NCBI RefSeq assembly: GCF_000143415.4
Contig: NW_003314327.1
Location: 393,725-457,724 of the forward strand
Source of the DNA: Selaginella moellendorffii
Taxonomy: Eukaryota > Plantae > Lycopodiophyta
DNA: 64,000 nucleotides
Direction of reading: 5' to 3'
Shown here: positions 13,464 through 28,397 of the stretch, piece by piece
How the letters are laid out: each line of letters opens with the position of its first letter
Position numbering within the stretch: the first letter of the stretch is position 1
The notes under the pieces: model-generated
What the model was told of the DNA's origin: nothing
Seen by the model: only the letters and a program-made list of their open reading frames with translations
Database searches by the model: none
Made by a program: the position numbers and the translations under genes

Positions 13464-14340
13464 TTTCAAGGAGGAACTGAAAAGAAGGATTTACTTTTTA
13501 AGGACTTCCATTTCTAAAGCTGTACAATGTTGAAGTTTTGTTGTAACGATGATTAAGAGTACTTATGATGATATGCACTGGAGAAAATATTTCTAAAATG
13601 ATGGACATATCCCTGCAAAGGTGACGGCGGGCCCGCGACACAACACAGGAGCATGTGTTATGTTGAGAGGCTGGGAATTTACACTGGGGCCTTGTCAGGG
13701 ACACTGTCCCTGGCAAAGCTACAGTAGCCAGCGAAGCACTAAGAAAGAAAGAAAGAAAGCGTTGCCACACCAACAAAAGTGGTGTGTGAGTGTGTGTGTA
13801 AGAGGGGAGGAAAGAAGCGAGGAAGAAGAAGAGAAGAGAGAGCTTGTCTGATTGCTCTCTGTGTGGCTGGCGCTGCGCAAAGAATTGATAGATGGTGTGA
13901 GAAATTCGTAGGGAATTTGGTGAAATCGATTGGGTTTTCTTCCCGTAAGATCGTTGCTGGGCGTGATTGCGACGGCCTCGATCGGCATTTTGCCGGATCT
14001 GGATCTACATTCCTTCGTCGCGTCCTTTCCCTTCATTGGATCTCCTGGCGATGAATTGATGAAGATCCAATCAATATGTCCCTTGGCTTTTGGGTAGATC
14101 TTGGCGATTCGGGAGGAGATTGGCGAATTGGATGAGAGGTAATGTGTCTAGTAGAGGATGGCTTGATGGAATTGGAGATCTACCCGTACTGTAGCGTTCT
14201 AGACAGAGTCAAGCCTTGATCTATCTATTTGTCGCTTTTCCTTCGTCCACTCTATCTAAATCTTTTGCCTTTGGCATGGGTTTGCAGGTTTTTTGCTTCG
14301 TCGCCTTCTTTCTTCTCTTCTGCCGCTCTGATTGATTGAC

Positions 14341-16688
14341 ATGGGGAAGTCTACGCGGTGGCTGCTGGCCTTGATTGGACTCAAGAAATCCTCGAAAAAA
14401 TCCTCTGTGGAAGAACAAGATGTGGTAAGCTCCAGATAGTTTACTATGATAGGTAATAGAATGTTTTCCACACTTTAGAGGAAGAGCAGCAAAGACAAGA
14501 GGCGATGGAGCTTTGGAAAATCAGCAGCGGCCCCGGCAGACTTCGCGAAACCCAGCTCCAGTTCCGCGAGAGAGATGGATCACAGCCAAAACGAGCAGGC
14601 CAAGCACGCGATTGCGATCGCGGCTGCGTCCGCTGCCGCCGCCGAGGCCGCCGTCGCTGCTGCTCATGCCGCTGCTGCGGTGGTCCGCCTCACTGGCGCT
14701 GCAAACTACGCTAGTCCAGTTTTCGAGCTCATCAGTCGCGAGGAATGGGCCGCTATCAAAATCCAGACTGCCTTTCGTGGCTACTTAGTAAGTTGTTCTT
14801 CGAGCTCGCCACCTTGCTTCTTATCGAGAGCTTGATTGTTTCTCTAGGCTCGGCGAGCTTTGCGTGCGCTGAAGGCAGTGGTGAGGATCCAGGCATTGTT
14901 TCGAGGCCACCGAGTTCGAAAGCAGGCCGCCATAACTTTACGATGCATGCAAGCTCTTGTCCGAGTCCAGGCCCGAGTCCGAGCTCGCCGGGTCCGGATG
15001 TCCAAGGAAGGTCAGGCTGTCCAGCAGCAGCTCCTGGAGCGCAGGGGACGCTATCGAAAATCCATGGTTTGTTCATTGCTTTTTCTTTCGATAGTCCATT
15101 TTTTCATTCTTTTTGTTTTCTTCGATCGTAGGATGGATGGATTGCAAGCACTGGCACTGTGGAGGATTTCCATGCCAAGAACGAGCGAAAGCACCTGGGA
15201 GCGATGAAACGGGAGCGAGCTCTGGCCTATGCATTCTCCCAATCAAACCAGGTCTGTGTAGAGATTTTGTTCATGTTGAGAGAAAATCGTGCTTGTTTGT
15301 CATGTCTCAAAACAAATTTCTCTTTTTCTATCTCTGGAGTCCAATGTTTCTTTTTGCATGTATAGATTGCGAGTGATGGTTCTGTGCTCTCAAAGTCGTC
15401 AAAATTCTATCTTTTCCATCCCTGGAGAGTTTCTTTCTTTCTTTTTGCATGTATGGATTGCTCAAAGTCTCTTTTATTATTTCGTATGTTTCTCTAGCTG
15501 GCTTTCTCGCTATTCTCAAAACTCTTCTGCAAGTTCGTCCAGATCACGATGTGTGTTTATTATAGCCACATTTTCATGGTCAATTACTTTGGTTCTGTTT
15601 CTGTGATATAGCTGACGAAGTTTCTGGCCGAGTTGCAGAGCCGAACAGCATCACCCATGGTGATCGACTGCGAGCCCGACACCCCACACTGGGGCTGGAG
15701 CTGGCTCGAGCGATGGATGGCGGCGCGGCCCTGGGAGAATCCTTTCGAGGCCACCAGTCCGGTCGATTCCGGCTGCACCAAGATCGTCGAAGTCGACTAT
15801 AACAACCAGTCCACCAACAAGCTAAATCCAGCCAAAGCTCCGCCGCCACCACCTTTGTCATCAACACCACCGAGCAGCAACACAGCCATAGCAAAACCCG
15901 CCAAGAAACGATCCGGCTCCGCCTCGGAATCCATCCCGGACGCGCACAAGATCGTGATTCCAAGCCCCACGAATCCAGCGCCTCCAATCTCCACTGATCG
16001 CCACGGACTTTCCCCCAATGCGCAAAACTTGCTCTCTCACCCGAGTCCAGTGATCGACCACCACCACCACGCCGATCAATCCTCCAGCGCTGCCGCCATT
16101 GCCGCTTCTCCAAAAGATCTCCTGGCTCTGGACGACTGTTTCGCCAAGAACACCCTCAAGCCTCTCAAGAACGCTGCTGCTGCTGGTGCGGGTACCAGCG
16201 CGGAAAACCAGAGCTTTGTCCAGGATTTCCAGCAGGGGATCATCCGGGACATGGATCTCACCCTCGCCGGATCCTCGTCCGAGCTCCCGGCGGCGGCGGT
16301 GCCGAGCTACATGGCCACCACGCAGTCGTCCAAGGCCAAAGTTCGCTCCCACAGCACGCCCAAGCAAAGGCCGGAGCAGCTCTTGGGCTTGACGATGCCC
16401 GACACTCCCAGGAAGAGCATGAGAAACTCCATGAATGGCGGCCACCTCCTCCTCGCCGCCACCACCGCCAGTGGAAGTTTCTCCTCCGCCACCGCTGCCG
16501 CCAATAATGCTGGCTCCATCGCTGGAGCCCTGCTGAGAAGAGGTGGCAGCGCTTCCTCCTCGCAGCACGGCAATGGCAGAGGCTTCTCCACTGGATCCAT
16601 GGCGCTGGATAGATCCTTGATCTCTTTCAAGGATGGCCACGCGAGCTTGTCCATCAATGGCGACATGAGAAAGCCCTTTAGATTCTAG
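14341..16688 (+). CDS. IQD: IQ67-domain (IQD) calmodulin-binding protein with DUF4005-type tail, 5 coding exons
   Basis: [41 protein letters not shown]|[17 protein letters not shown] split by a phase-0 intron, [44 protein letters not shown]. Confidence 0.93.
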
Positions 16689-17445
16689 TCTTCTCCCAAA
16701 AGAACTGGAGGACAACGAAGTGTAAGTATACGTAGTTCGTGTGTGAATAATACATTCCATACTCGTGTCTTCGCGGGAAATTTCAAATTTTAAAAAAGAT
16801 ACTTTTCAAATATACCAATTTCGATTTTCTTCTCGAAGGAGAATATCCTTAGGAGTAGCTTGAGGGCCATTGTAGGAAATTTAAATGTCGGGAGTGGAAA
16901 AACAGCGTTCACTGGCCCTCCGTACACCGGGCGGTCAAACCTGTGGCATATTCTCCTAGCCGTGCATACGGATTGCTGGAATTGGCGCCAAACGCCACAG
17001 GCCGTTGGATGGGCATATTCCAGATAGGGTAAGCTCTCTGTTAGGTGCATTTATGATCCTTAGTAGGGGTTTTTATTGGCCGGTGGCTTTGGAGCGCCGG
17101 TGGCAGTGGCGATCGATTAGTTCCTTCGATCTTCTCTATTTTTTTAGCAGGGTTTCTCCTTCCAGGGCATTGACAAGCGAAGCATTGATCAGTGTTGCAG
17201 TGGGATCCAGGGCGTGGCACACAGCGCTTCTTCCACTTCTTTCTTTTCTCTTCTTTACTCTCCCGGCAAGGGTTGCTTTCTTCGAGGCGCTGGGCTTGCA
17301 TTTGACAGTTCCGTGACAGGAATCCCTGGAAAGCTCCCATTTCTCGCGGCAATGAGGAAGGTGAAGTGAAATATCGGGAGCATTGCTGGGATCTTCAGTG
17401 ATTTCGCATGGCTTGGCGATCTAGCTAGCGATATTTCGGGGAGCG

Positions 17446-20400
17446 ATGGAGGAATCGGGGGAATTTCGCATGGATGTGAGCAGGGAAGTTGCGAGCACTA
17501 GCGGCAGGCGATCCAATTCGCTCCATTTGCAGCTCGGCGATGTGTTGCATAGCGGCAGCAGCAGCAGCAGTAGCCAGATCGTGCTCGAGGTCACGCTTGA
17601 CGTTCACAGGGATTCGATCTCGCTCAAGAGCGTCGCCCCGGCTGGAAATCCCGAAAATATTCTCCGCTTGCATTCGTGGGATAAAATGTTGCATCATGGC
17701 AAATCGGAGATGGAGCTCAAGAAGGTGGGGCGCAATGGGAGCTCCGCGCGGATCTTGCCGCTGAATTTCTCCCCGGATGGCGAGGGCGGCCAGCTCTCGA
17801 GATCGATGTCCGGCACGGAGTATGCGATCGAGGGCTTGCGCTTCATCGAGAAGACAATTGCCAGCAAGAACGCAAAGTCTCAGTGGGAGGCTGTGGAGCT
17901 TAGATTTCACAAGCTCGCCAACGAGGAGTGTCGGCTTTCACGCTCGGACTTTGGGGAATGCATTGGTAAGCCAACAAGAAAGAGTTTGATGGAAAAGCTG
18001 ACGATCGTTAACTACTCAGGAATGAGCGATTCCAAGGAATTTGCGGAGTTGCTGTTTGATGCTCTAGCCCGGCGGAAAGGCCATGACGAGCTGTGGACCG
18101 CTTCGAAGGAAGAACTCCGGGACTTTTGGCTTCAAATCACAGACAAGAGATTTAGCTCTCGATTGCAAACATTTTTTGACTTGTAAGTTGTCCAGTCTTT
18201 TCTTTGATTGTTCTAAATTTTATCCATAGGTGTGACACGGATCTGGACGGTCGCATATCAGAAAACGAAGTGAAAGAGGTACATATGGAGTTGATTTTAC
18301 TCCCTCTGCTTTTGCTCGAGCTAAACTAAAGGAACAAGCCCCGGATTGCAGATAATTCTACTCAGTGCGTCGGCGAACAAGCTCTCGTTTCTGCAAGAGC
18401 AAGCTGAAGAATACGCAGCTCTCATCATGGGAGAACTCGATCAGAATAAACAAGGATACATTGAGGTAAGAAGCTTCCTACCACGCAACCTTTCAACGTT
18501 CAACTTATTTCAGGTGAAACAACTTGAACGGTTGATGCGAGAGCCGATCGCACTCGCTGAGGATCCGTCCTATGGGTACGCGTGTGCTCCAACTTTACAC
18601 TCTCGAAGAAGAAACCGATTGCATTTACTCCAGAGAACGATCAAGTACTTCGCTCTGGACAACTGGCAGCGGATATGGGTGCTGTGCGTGTGGTTTCTCG
18701 CCATGACCGGTCTTTTCACCTGGAAGTTCATAGAGTACAAGAACAGAGCCGCTTTTAAGATCATGGGATACTGTGTGTGCACGGCCAAGGGCGCTGCGGA
18801 GACTTTGAAACTCAACATGGCATTGGTCCTGCTGCCAGTTTGCAGGATCACAATCACGTCCTTACGCTCCACTGTTTTCGGATCCATACTACCTTTCAAC
18901 GACAACATCAACTTTCACAAGGTATGACTTCGTTTGTTCCTGTGTTTGTACGCATGCTTACTTACGATGGCCTGTTTTCCAGCTTATTGCTGCAGCGATT
19001 TTGTTCGGCGTTTTGCTTCACGGAGGAACTCATATTGCTTGTGACTTCCCCAAGATGGCCAACGCAAACAGTCGTATATTTCTTGATACTATTGGGCATG
19101 GTTTCCACGGCCGGCAACCATCTTTCCTTGGCATATTGGCTTCGATTGAGGGGATTACGGGGATTATCATGGTGGTCCTGATGTCAATAGCTTTTCTTCT
19201 TGCAACGCACTGGTCCCGCAAGAACATCGTCAGGCTCCCTTGGCCCCTCCACAGGTTAACAGGATTCAACGCATTTTGGTACTCGCATCATCTTTTTATT
19301 TTGGTCTACGCCTTGCTGATCATACACTCGGTGTTTCTCTTCCTGACCCCAGACTGGCTGCAAAAGACGGTACCTACATTATGATCTGATTGACTTCTGA
19401 TATTTTTTGTACTGCAGACGTGGATATATCTATCCTGTCCATTGCTGCTGTACGTTGGCGAGAGGTTCCTGCGCGTTTTAAGATCGAGGCAGCATCGAGT
19501 CAACATAGTAAAGGTAACTTTCCGCAGCAAATTGTCTCTCGCGCTGAAACTTTGTTTCACAGGCAGCAATTCATCCTGGCAACGTTCTTGCCTTGGACAT
19601 GACGAAACCTCCAGGCTTCAAGTATCGGAGTGGCATGTACATGTTTCTGCAGTGTCCAGCGATCTCGCCATTCGAGTGGTAAAAATCTTTGTGACCCTAG
19701 CAAGCAGATTGAAACACTTTTTCTTCTTCTTTTGTATGGCCAGGCATCCCTTCTCGATCACGTCTGCGCCCGACGACGAGTTTTTAAATGTGCACATACG
19801 GACAGTGGGGGACTGGACCAAGGAAATGAGGAAAATGTTTGCAAAGGTTTGTTTGCTTCCCCTTCAATGCCTGTCCTGATCCACAGTTGTGCGTAGGCAG
19901 TTGACACTAGCTCTTCCATCGACGATTCACGGTCAGTGATTCCAACAACCAAACGTTTCCGTTAGTCCGCGGCTGGCTGGCTTACATCTCCTGACAGGTT
20001 TCCAAAGCTCTACATTGATGGACCTTATGGCGCTCCTGCTCAGGACTACCGGAAGTATGACGTGATGCTCCTCGTTGGCTTGGGAATCGGAGCTACACCT
20101 TTTATCAGCATCTTAAAGGACATGCTCAACAACATCAAATCCACGGAGCAACAGTCGGTAAGCTTCTCTCTTTTGTTTTCTAGTTCTTTTCTTAGCACAA
20201 GTTGTGTTGCTTGCTTGCTCGCAGGACATAGACTTTAGCAAGCCGTTTGATAGCCCGAGAAGAAAGAGCCGCAAGTCTCGTGGCCCAACAAACGCCTACT
20301 TCTACTGGGTCACCAGAGAGCAAGGCTCGTTCGAGTGGTTCAAAGGCGTCATGAATGAGGTGGCCGAAATAGATCACAAGGTCAGCCACTCGTCACCAAT

Positions 20401-20936
20401 CTTAAGTCAGCCCCGCAACCACGATAGAAGCTCTTGGTTGATTGCAATGCTCAAAAGAAAAGATTTATTGCTGACGTATAAAGTTTTTGCTTCCGCAGGC
20501 AGTAATTGAGATGCACAACTACCTCACAAGCGTGTACGAGGAAGGTGACGCGCGCTCGGCTCTCATTGCAATGGTACAAGCTCTACACCACACCAAAAAC
20601 GGCGTGGATATCGTCTCGGGCACCCGGGTAAAAAACTTTCATCCCCAGAGCTTTCGCTAAGATCTTCTTTTCTTCTTCTTTGTGCCCAGGCACGCACTCA
20701 CTTCGCAAGGCCAAACTGGGACAAGGTGTTTGCACGTCTCACTGCTACACACGACAATTCAAGGATAGGTAAGAAGAAGAGAAGAAAATGATGAGAGCAA
20801 ACTCCACTTACTTTGGTTGTTGTTAGGAGTGTTCTACTGCGGGCCTTCGCAAGTCGCCAAAGAGTTAGATGTGCTGTCCCGGAAGTATTCCCAAGAGTCC
20901 AACACCAAATTTATATTCCATAAGGAGAACTTTTAG
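17446..20936 (+). CDS. RBOH: Respiratory burst oxidase homolog (NADPH oxidase), ~15 exons
   Basis: [10 protein letters not shown]-hand region, [79 protein letters not shown]. Confidence 0.96.
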
Positions 20937-21451
20937 GCCGCGCGAAAAGAGCAGTGGAAAAAGAGGAAGAACCTCTCTTTCTCTTAGCTGCAACAGTGGG
21001 AGCCTTTTATGCAAGAGCACGACGCTCTACCTCATCCCAGTAGACGTTTGGTGGCCATTGTCAGCGGGCCTGGACCACGTCACCACTGGATATATTATGT
21101 ATAGCTATCGCAACACGAAAATAAATTACAAATCCACATTGTACCTGCCATGTCGGTGCTCCAAAATCTTTCCAAAGGTTTGGCTGGCCACCAAAATCTA
21201 TCGTCATCCACCGCAAGAAGAATCCATGGCTATGTTATGCTAAAACAACCAGCAATATAAAATTGTGAGCATCTCAGCTCTTGATAACAATACTTATTGT
21301 GGTGCGAGGATCGCTTTAATGCTGCAGTTTGTTGGTTGGAAAGAAAACCTAAACCCCGCCGATGGTTGATTCTATCGTCCATGCCAACTTGCTTGAACAA
21401 CCCCGCTCTGTTGCTTCCGTTGTGGGGAGCTGTCAAGATGGACGCACTCTC

Positions 21452-23173
21452 TCACTGACGATCCACTTCAACCATTTGGATGTCATTAGGCGAGAGTAGC
21501 ACGCCTGGAGTTTGTTCGTCCAGGCTGTCCGGGAACAAACTCGTAGATATACCACCTCCAAGCGACGAGTTCCCGTTTAACAGCAGGCTTTGCCCGTGCG
21601 CGAACGTCCCATCCACAGCTCCCAATGAATCGGCCTAGCAGGAGGTACACGAACAAAGTTTAATGCAAAAACAAGTTTTCCACTGCAATGAAGAATCGCT
21701 CACCCAATACAGGTCCAAAGCCGATGAGCGGAGCACGTCCGCGTTTGACGATGAGCGGAGCAAATCAGAGCTGGATGTGCCTTGTGACGTCCCGAGTAGC
21801 GAACAAGCGGCGGACATAAAACGCTGGAGTAAATAAAACACAGAGAGACGCTGGAAGCATGCATACCCGAGCACGACCCAAATGTGCTCCTTCGTTTTGA
21901 AAGAAAACGCATCGCATGTTTCTTCGCCTCCCCACACCGAAGGCGTTAGAGAATATCGATCGGCGTCGTGCTTGGAGGCGTCATTCAATACAATGAAGCG
22001 ATCAACTGAAGAAGCTCCCAGTAAATCCTGCAAAAGCCCGCAAGATTTGGAATAAAGATGTACGTCGAACTGTTAGCTTACCTCATCTCGCCAAAGCCGC
22101 TGGCCAAAGCCGTCCGTACTTGAGAATTGTAGTTGGTCATACAACCAACTACAGCCAGGTACTTGAGAATCCAGTTGAGAATGATCTTCGTGTCTCTCGA
22201 TAGCTCCGCACCAGATTTTGAGCTCTTTCCACAAACATTTTGGCACCAGCCAAACCTGTCCAGCATAGCATGGTGGCAGTGAAGTTAGCAACTCCAAACG
22301 AAAGAACACGAAAGAATAAACAAGCATTACCTCAAGCGAAATACTTGACGTCTTCCTACGGTATCGTAAACGTCTGCAGCGCACATCACATCTTTTGAGT
22401 TCCAGCTTGTAGAGGAATGCTCGAATGAAAGGATAGAGACGAATGTCTCCAGTAGCCACAGAGCAGCGACCCAATTTCTGAGACAAGTGCTGTAGAACAG
22501 AGCTTATGCTTTTTGAGGCCTTTAGCGTCAGCTCAAGGTGCGGATGTTTTAGTCTTGTCGTCAATTGGAAAAAGGTGCTGCTAAACCGAGCGTCTGCTTT
22601 TCAAAAACAGACTTGCCAAAATTCCAGTCATTTTTGCTTGTCCATATTATATTCTTCCAGTTCTCCACCTCCAATGATCGATTTCGCTCGGATTCAGGAA
22701 CCGTTTTGGGGCTATCTGCAGACATTTTAACACACACACACACACGCAAAACTGCAAAAAATAACAGACCTTCAAGTTGAGGCACTAGTACTAGAGTTCG
22801 TATCTACGATATTTTCTTGACGTCACCAGTAGCAATACTGGCAGGTTTGTCCGTGCTTGCTTTAACCTTCTTTTCATCTTTCTTCCGATCCTTCAGACGA
22901 TGTTGCTCCTAAATTAGACATAAAAATGCATCAGGAGAGTCCACAGTAATGAGCATACATACCAAAGCAGTCGTAAATGTCGAGGCTTCAAAATGGAGCT
23001 TAAAAGACGAACACTTGAACTTTTCCAGAGCGACCACCTGAAACAAAAGATTTAAATGTCTAAGACAAATGAGATCCACCTCACCAGCATAACATCGCTG
23101 AATGTACATCTTTGGAGTCCCTCGCATCGAACTTGTTCATGCGCTTAATCAAGCGGTAGTAGTAATGGCGGAC
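21452..23173 (-). pseudogene. TSL-kinase interacting protein 1 (TKI1)/Cramped-like gene, frameshifted and apparently 5'-truncated
   Basis: VRHYYYRLIKRMNK, LFPIDD, HPHLELTLKASKSISSVLQHL...DIRLYPF, DLYWADSLG; frameshifts near 23030-22970 and ~22550; first part of the SANT domain not found. Confidence 0.7.
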
Positions 23174-26100
23174 CTCCAGGCTACGCACCAATTAAAACAG
23201 GATCTTTAGAACAAGACAACTAAACCTTTAAAACATCGATTGGCTACCGTAAGGGAATCTAATCCTTCCCTCACACCTTCACGGCTGTTGTACCCTTCGA
23301 GTATGGTATGGACTAGCAGGTTTTCAACCTGGAAAACAATAAATTATTCACAAAAGCCACCACTAGCTTGTCCTGTTACTGGGTAGTCTTTAAGTAGCCA
23401 TATCCTCCATGAAGTTGTAATGCATCGTTTAAAATGTTAGGAGCAAACATGTTTAGCGCCAACAACAACCTTTTCGCCATTGCAGCTTTTCAGCAGTGGC
23501 ATTTGATACCATCAACCATGAGATCCGCTGATGATACAAGCACCTAGAATATTCTGAAAATAGGTTGGCACAAGTTTCGAGAGTTCAATGCTAAAGAACG
23601 ATGTGGCTTTAAAAAAAAACAAGCACTGTTTAACCATAGGATGCATTAGGATATTCAGTTACTTGTTTGGGAGTAGACGTGAACAGTATCGAGGCTGTCC
23701 AACACTAATATAAGATGAAACAAGTTATGATAGCAAAACAAAACAGTCGTCAAACCCGACCTCCATCAAGGCTGATGCCAAATCCTTGTCCCCGATGCCC
23801 AAGCATATTGGCAGGAGGTACATGCATCTCTTCCATGACAGCCAATCAAAACGAGTATCCAACAAGCTTTAAAAGAAGTGGTAAGTTGATCGAGACATCC
23901 CCTTTCAGCGATCTTGTTCAAGCCATCACCAGGTATAAGTCCTTAGCACTTCCTCCGCTGATGAAAGCCTGAAAGATGAGAGACAATTCTGGGTCTTGGA
24001 GTCGTACTAGACCTTTGATCCATTGAGAATGTAGTCAGACCGTGCTGCTGTGTGAGTTCGAGAAAAGTGTCAACACTTGAAAGTTGAAAGAAGTAATTTT
24101 TTGCCTGTAAGGATGCAGCAACTCCCCAAGTTTTGGAAGCCAGTGATCGTTCCCAAACCTACACACCACAGAGTTAGAAAAAAGCAAGGAACGAAACTGG
24201 AAAGACTACGAAGATATCCTGCAGAGCAGCACTTCGGTTGAAAAATTGCTTCACTCACCAACGATGGAAGAATACAATCGCCTCAACACCAAAGATGTGG
24301 CTATTGCCTAACACACAAAGCTTCCTGGACGCAATAAACAACAACGCCAGCTAGTTCATCCCCCAAAATATTTTTCAATCTAAGTGATTAGATTTTTTAA
24401 GCCTTAGTTGCATTAAAACTTGATTAAGACTTGAAGAACAACTGCATGAAAATTCTTTGAGAACGTTTTCTTTTCCGAGAGAAAGAAAGAAAATCACTTA
24501 CCGAAATCTCAGTTGACGTCGATCCACCAATGGATCGATTTAATCGCACCCGCAATCACTCACCCTTGCACGTAATGAACTCCCAGAACTCCAGTTCCTC
24601 CACATATCCTTCGCATATCCCCCTGTCCCAGATCGATGGAATCCAACGGAAAAGACGTTGGAGAGGCATAGCCGCGTTTGATGAAGCATCCCTGCGGAAA
24701 ACACAAACAAAAAAGCGGTCAATCGAGCTCAAAGATGTGGTACCTCACTGAGAAAAAAGAGACGAGAGGTGCCATGCAGTCCTTTTTAAAGCGTTGTTTT
24801 AGCTCTCTGGTACATAACATGCCAAGCTTGCGAGCCTCTGAATCCTTTCTCTGTCTGCGTGGATTCTCGACGACAGCAGCTGCGCAAAGAAAATGCCACT
24901 GGAGGAAAGACATGTATGACACGAAATAATTCAATAGATAAATTTGAACAAATAGCATGGAGCACTGGAAAAGGAAAACATGGATAGTCTGATACGACAG
25001 TATAAACCCCACCTAGTTTTCAAAATAGTTGTGGCTCAAGCTGCAACAGGAGAATCCAGTGCAGTTGGTCCTGCATCTTTTCTTCAGAACCATTTAATCT
25101 TTCGACCAGGTATTAAACAACCCTCAGTCGACGCTTTTCTTTTTCTTTTCTTTCTCTCGTCGCAGCAAGATATATTCTTCTAAGTATTGCAAGTACGAAA
25201 ATCAGAGCCGTCTACGAAAATCGCTTACGTACCCCGTTGTATAAGAAATTACTGCGTTTGGACTTTAACGATTCAGGAAGAGCTGCAAACGAGCTTGAGA
25301 AAACAAAAGTAAAAAAAATCTAAGGATGCTCTTGTGGTCATAACTTGTACTTGATCTGCTGGTGGAGTGGGAGAAAGAGCAAGGCTAGACGCTTTGGCCA
25401 TTTGCTTGGTTCTTGGAGCTGCTCACAAAAGATTGCCAAGACTTACATGTCGAACAAATGCTGGACGGCAGCTTGCATGCCATAAGTGTCACTAGAATAG
25501 AATCCTTGATATTTGTTTCTACCTTTCTGTCTAATTCCTGGGCAGCTATTGCCTGGGCATGAGTTGCTATTGCAAGCTGCTACTTCTATGCCTCTTCCTC
25601 ATAAGTTTTGATCAGGCTAGAGAATCTCATGGTAATTTCCAGATGAAGATGATGCCAAGGTAGAAAATGCTGCCTCTGGATAAGCTGTTGTCAAGGAGAA
25701 TGCAGCTTCAGGTGGAGATGCCAATAACATGCTGTATCATGAGTGTTCAAGCAGCATTTGTCACACCAGCGTGGACAACAAAGAGGACATGTCTCAACTA
25801 AGAGTCTTATAGCTCGAATCTCCTCAACCACTTTGAGCTGTTGCTCCTATTCCTGTTAGAGAAGCACTTTGTCTTCCTTGAATTCAGCTAATGCTGATTC
25901 TATGGCTGAAGCCATTTGCTCGGCTGCTAGCTAGATGCGAGGCTGGGCTGTGACAATGCAATTGGCAGAAAATGATGCTCTGCCAGAGGGCCTTGGATGA
26001 GCTCTTTAGTGAAGAAGCCCTAAGCTCTAGAAACAAGCTCGGTGGCATCTTGGCATTTTTGGTGTCATCTCTTTGCCACCTTTTGTTGCAACTTAGGCTT

Positions 26101-27004
26101 GAGGCCTTGGATGTAAGTTGAGACATCAGTAGCCTTCTTCTGTGTAGCCTTGCAATCTAGGTAGAGCTTCCAAAAGGCCTTCAATCAAATGGTGTAATCG
26201 AAGATTAATTCATTTGCACTTTATTGGAACTAGAAAAGATATTGCACAAGCTGCTGCAATGGGATCTTATAAGAGAACGTGCTTTAGAAGGATGTAAGTA
26301 GTGCCTTAAAGTCTTGTTTCTCTTCTAGCTCTAACATAAGCACCTAACATCATGCTTGGCCATGCATAGACTGCGAGAAGGCTTCACACTTCATGGCATT
26401 GTCAGTCATGTGATTGCTAGAGCAATACAATGAGAACATCATAATATGATCATTCACTAATATCCCCAGGCCTGGCTCAAAGCAGCTCCATCCCTCCTTG
26501 CAAAATGAGCACAGCTAATGCTAGAAGTGGAGGGGGTGTGGGTTCTTGTGCTAGTGGGATAGGAACTTGATGAACTCTTTCTGGTTGCTAGGGAAAGGAT
26601 CACCTCTAGCTAAGTTGAAATGAGTCATTCGACTCAAATCCCTTGTCTTAACATCTGTGTCAAAGCTAGAAGACTTGCTTGCCAGAAGTGATGTGTGATA
26701 ATCAACTTCTTGGTGAAACTAAGAAAACTTTCCACATTACTAAAGAATAGTATGAAATCCAATGATAATGCCTTTGTGAAAATGCCAAGTCAAAACTAGC
26801 ATGAAGAACTTCTAAATGTTTAGTCATGAAATGAATAGGAAGAACTGCTGTTGGGATTTAGATGAAGAACTCTTACTGTAGACATTGAATTGGCCCTTGA
26901 CTCTCAACTCTCACAGAAGGAAAATTGATTAAAAATATCTCTCCAACTATGTGGAAATGCCATTCAACTTGGTTTGACACACAAGACAAAGAGAAAAAAC
27001 TTCT

Positions 27005-27105
27005 ATGTATGAAAATCATACATACATGAATTTGTATGTATGTTCATGTATGTATATATGTATGTATGTATAAAATTCATACATATGTGAATTTGTATGT
27101 ATGTT
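27005..27105. repeat. Degenerate (TATG)n/(CATA)n microsatellite
   Basis: tatgtatg / catacatacatg / gtatgtatgtat runs. Confidence 0.7.
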
Positions 27106-28397
27106 CAAAACTAACCCATTTAACCAAATGGGCTAATTTTGAACTCAAAAGAAAGCTAAGACAAAATTATCCATATCTACACAAAGAAAAGCTGAAAAAG
27201 CCTTGCACTTTGCCCTCAAAACCATAAAAAACACTCACTCACAACAAAGGGTGATATGAAATGCTTCTTTCTCGCTCAAATCAAAACCAAATCAAACTTG
27301 CCATAATTTAGTGGAAATTAAAGATAATATCTAATATCAAGATTTTTGGACTCCAAGAATGTGAATAGAAAATGCGACAAGGAAGAATAAGAATTCTCTC
27401 AAACAAATCTATGATCAAAGATCACTCCAACCATGACAAAACCTACAAAAGTGAGAGAAAATGAGGCTAAATTCTCACCATATTTGCTAAAAGAAGAGCG
27501 TGATGGAGTTTTTTTTGTCACCATTCATCTCTCTCATGATTCCTCCAATTTCCATGAACTTAGTGTGCACTAGGCTTAGACCTGATTGCCCAAGAAGTCA
27601 GAATGCAAGAAAGGTTGTTGCATTATACACACCAATATTTACTCTTTCCTCACAACAAAATAGGGTAGTGAGTGTGAAGAGCTTACATATCACACCTCTG
27701 TGCACATCTTTGGCACACCATTGAAAAGCCCTGGTCCAGATCTATGTGCCCATGCTCTCAAATTCAAAGAAAGATCCCTAACATAGTCGTGATTCACACA
27801 CAGTGAAAACTGACTAAGAACACAAATGAACTAAATTTTATGTGAAGGCCAGGACATATCATGCTCCTAATAGACCATTAAGGATTGCAGAAAACCAATC
27901 TAAAGCAAGAATCAATGAGAACAAGATAAAAACTAAGCCATGAACCAAGATCCTGGGGTTAGGAATCCCCTTAATCCTTAGTGGAGTTGCAACTTTTTAG
28001 GGCTCTAGCCTCAACCCTCTCTCACACTCACTCTCGTATATTTGTATAAATGAAAATCCCCCTTTCTCTCATGCTCAAGCATGCTTTTTATTGAAGGAGA
28101 AGGAATATTTAGAGGATTAGAATATTCCTTGTATCTAACTATTGTCTGATGGATTTGTTAGGATAGAGGAAGTCAAGATCAAGCACACTGCACTTGTAGA
28201 CAGAACAAGAAGCCCTAATGTATATGTGGCAAGTGTCTTGTAACACTCACCCCCATACCAAAGCCATAGACCAAACCAAATTTATTATATAGGAGCTGAA
28301 ATTGATGTGGTCCCAATGGCTTGGTGAGAAGGTCAACTAGCATGTCCTTTATCTCGAGGTGTTAGACTGCTAGGGTGTAGTGAAATTAGATTTTAAT

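Noticed and set aside
25400-26900. Minus-strand decayed coding-like stretch
   Set aside because: All frames are interrupted and no family motif is recognisable; probably a TE relic but unsupported
28168-28172. GGAAG matching 38544-38548 as TSD of the old copia
   Set aside because: It falls inside the region that aligns to the LTR start, so it may be coincidence
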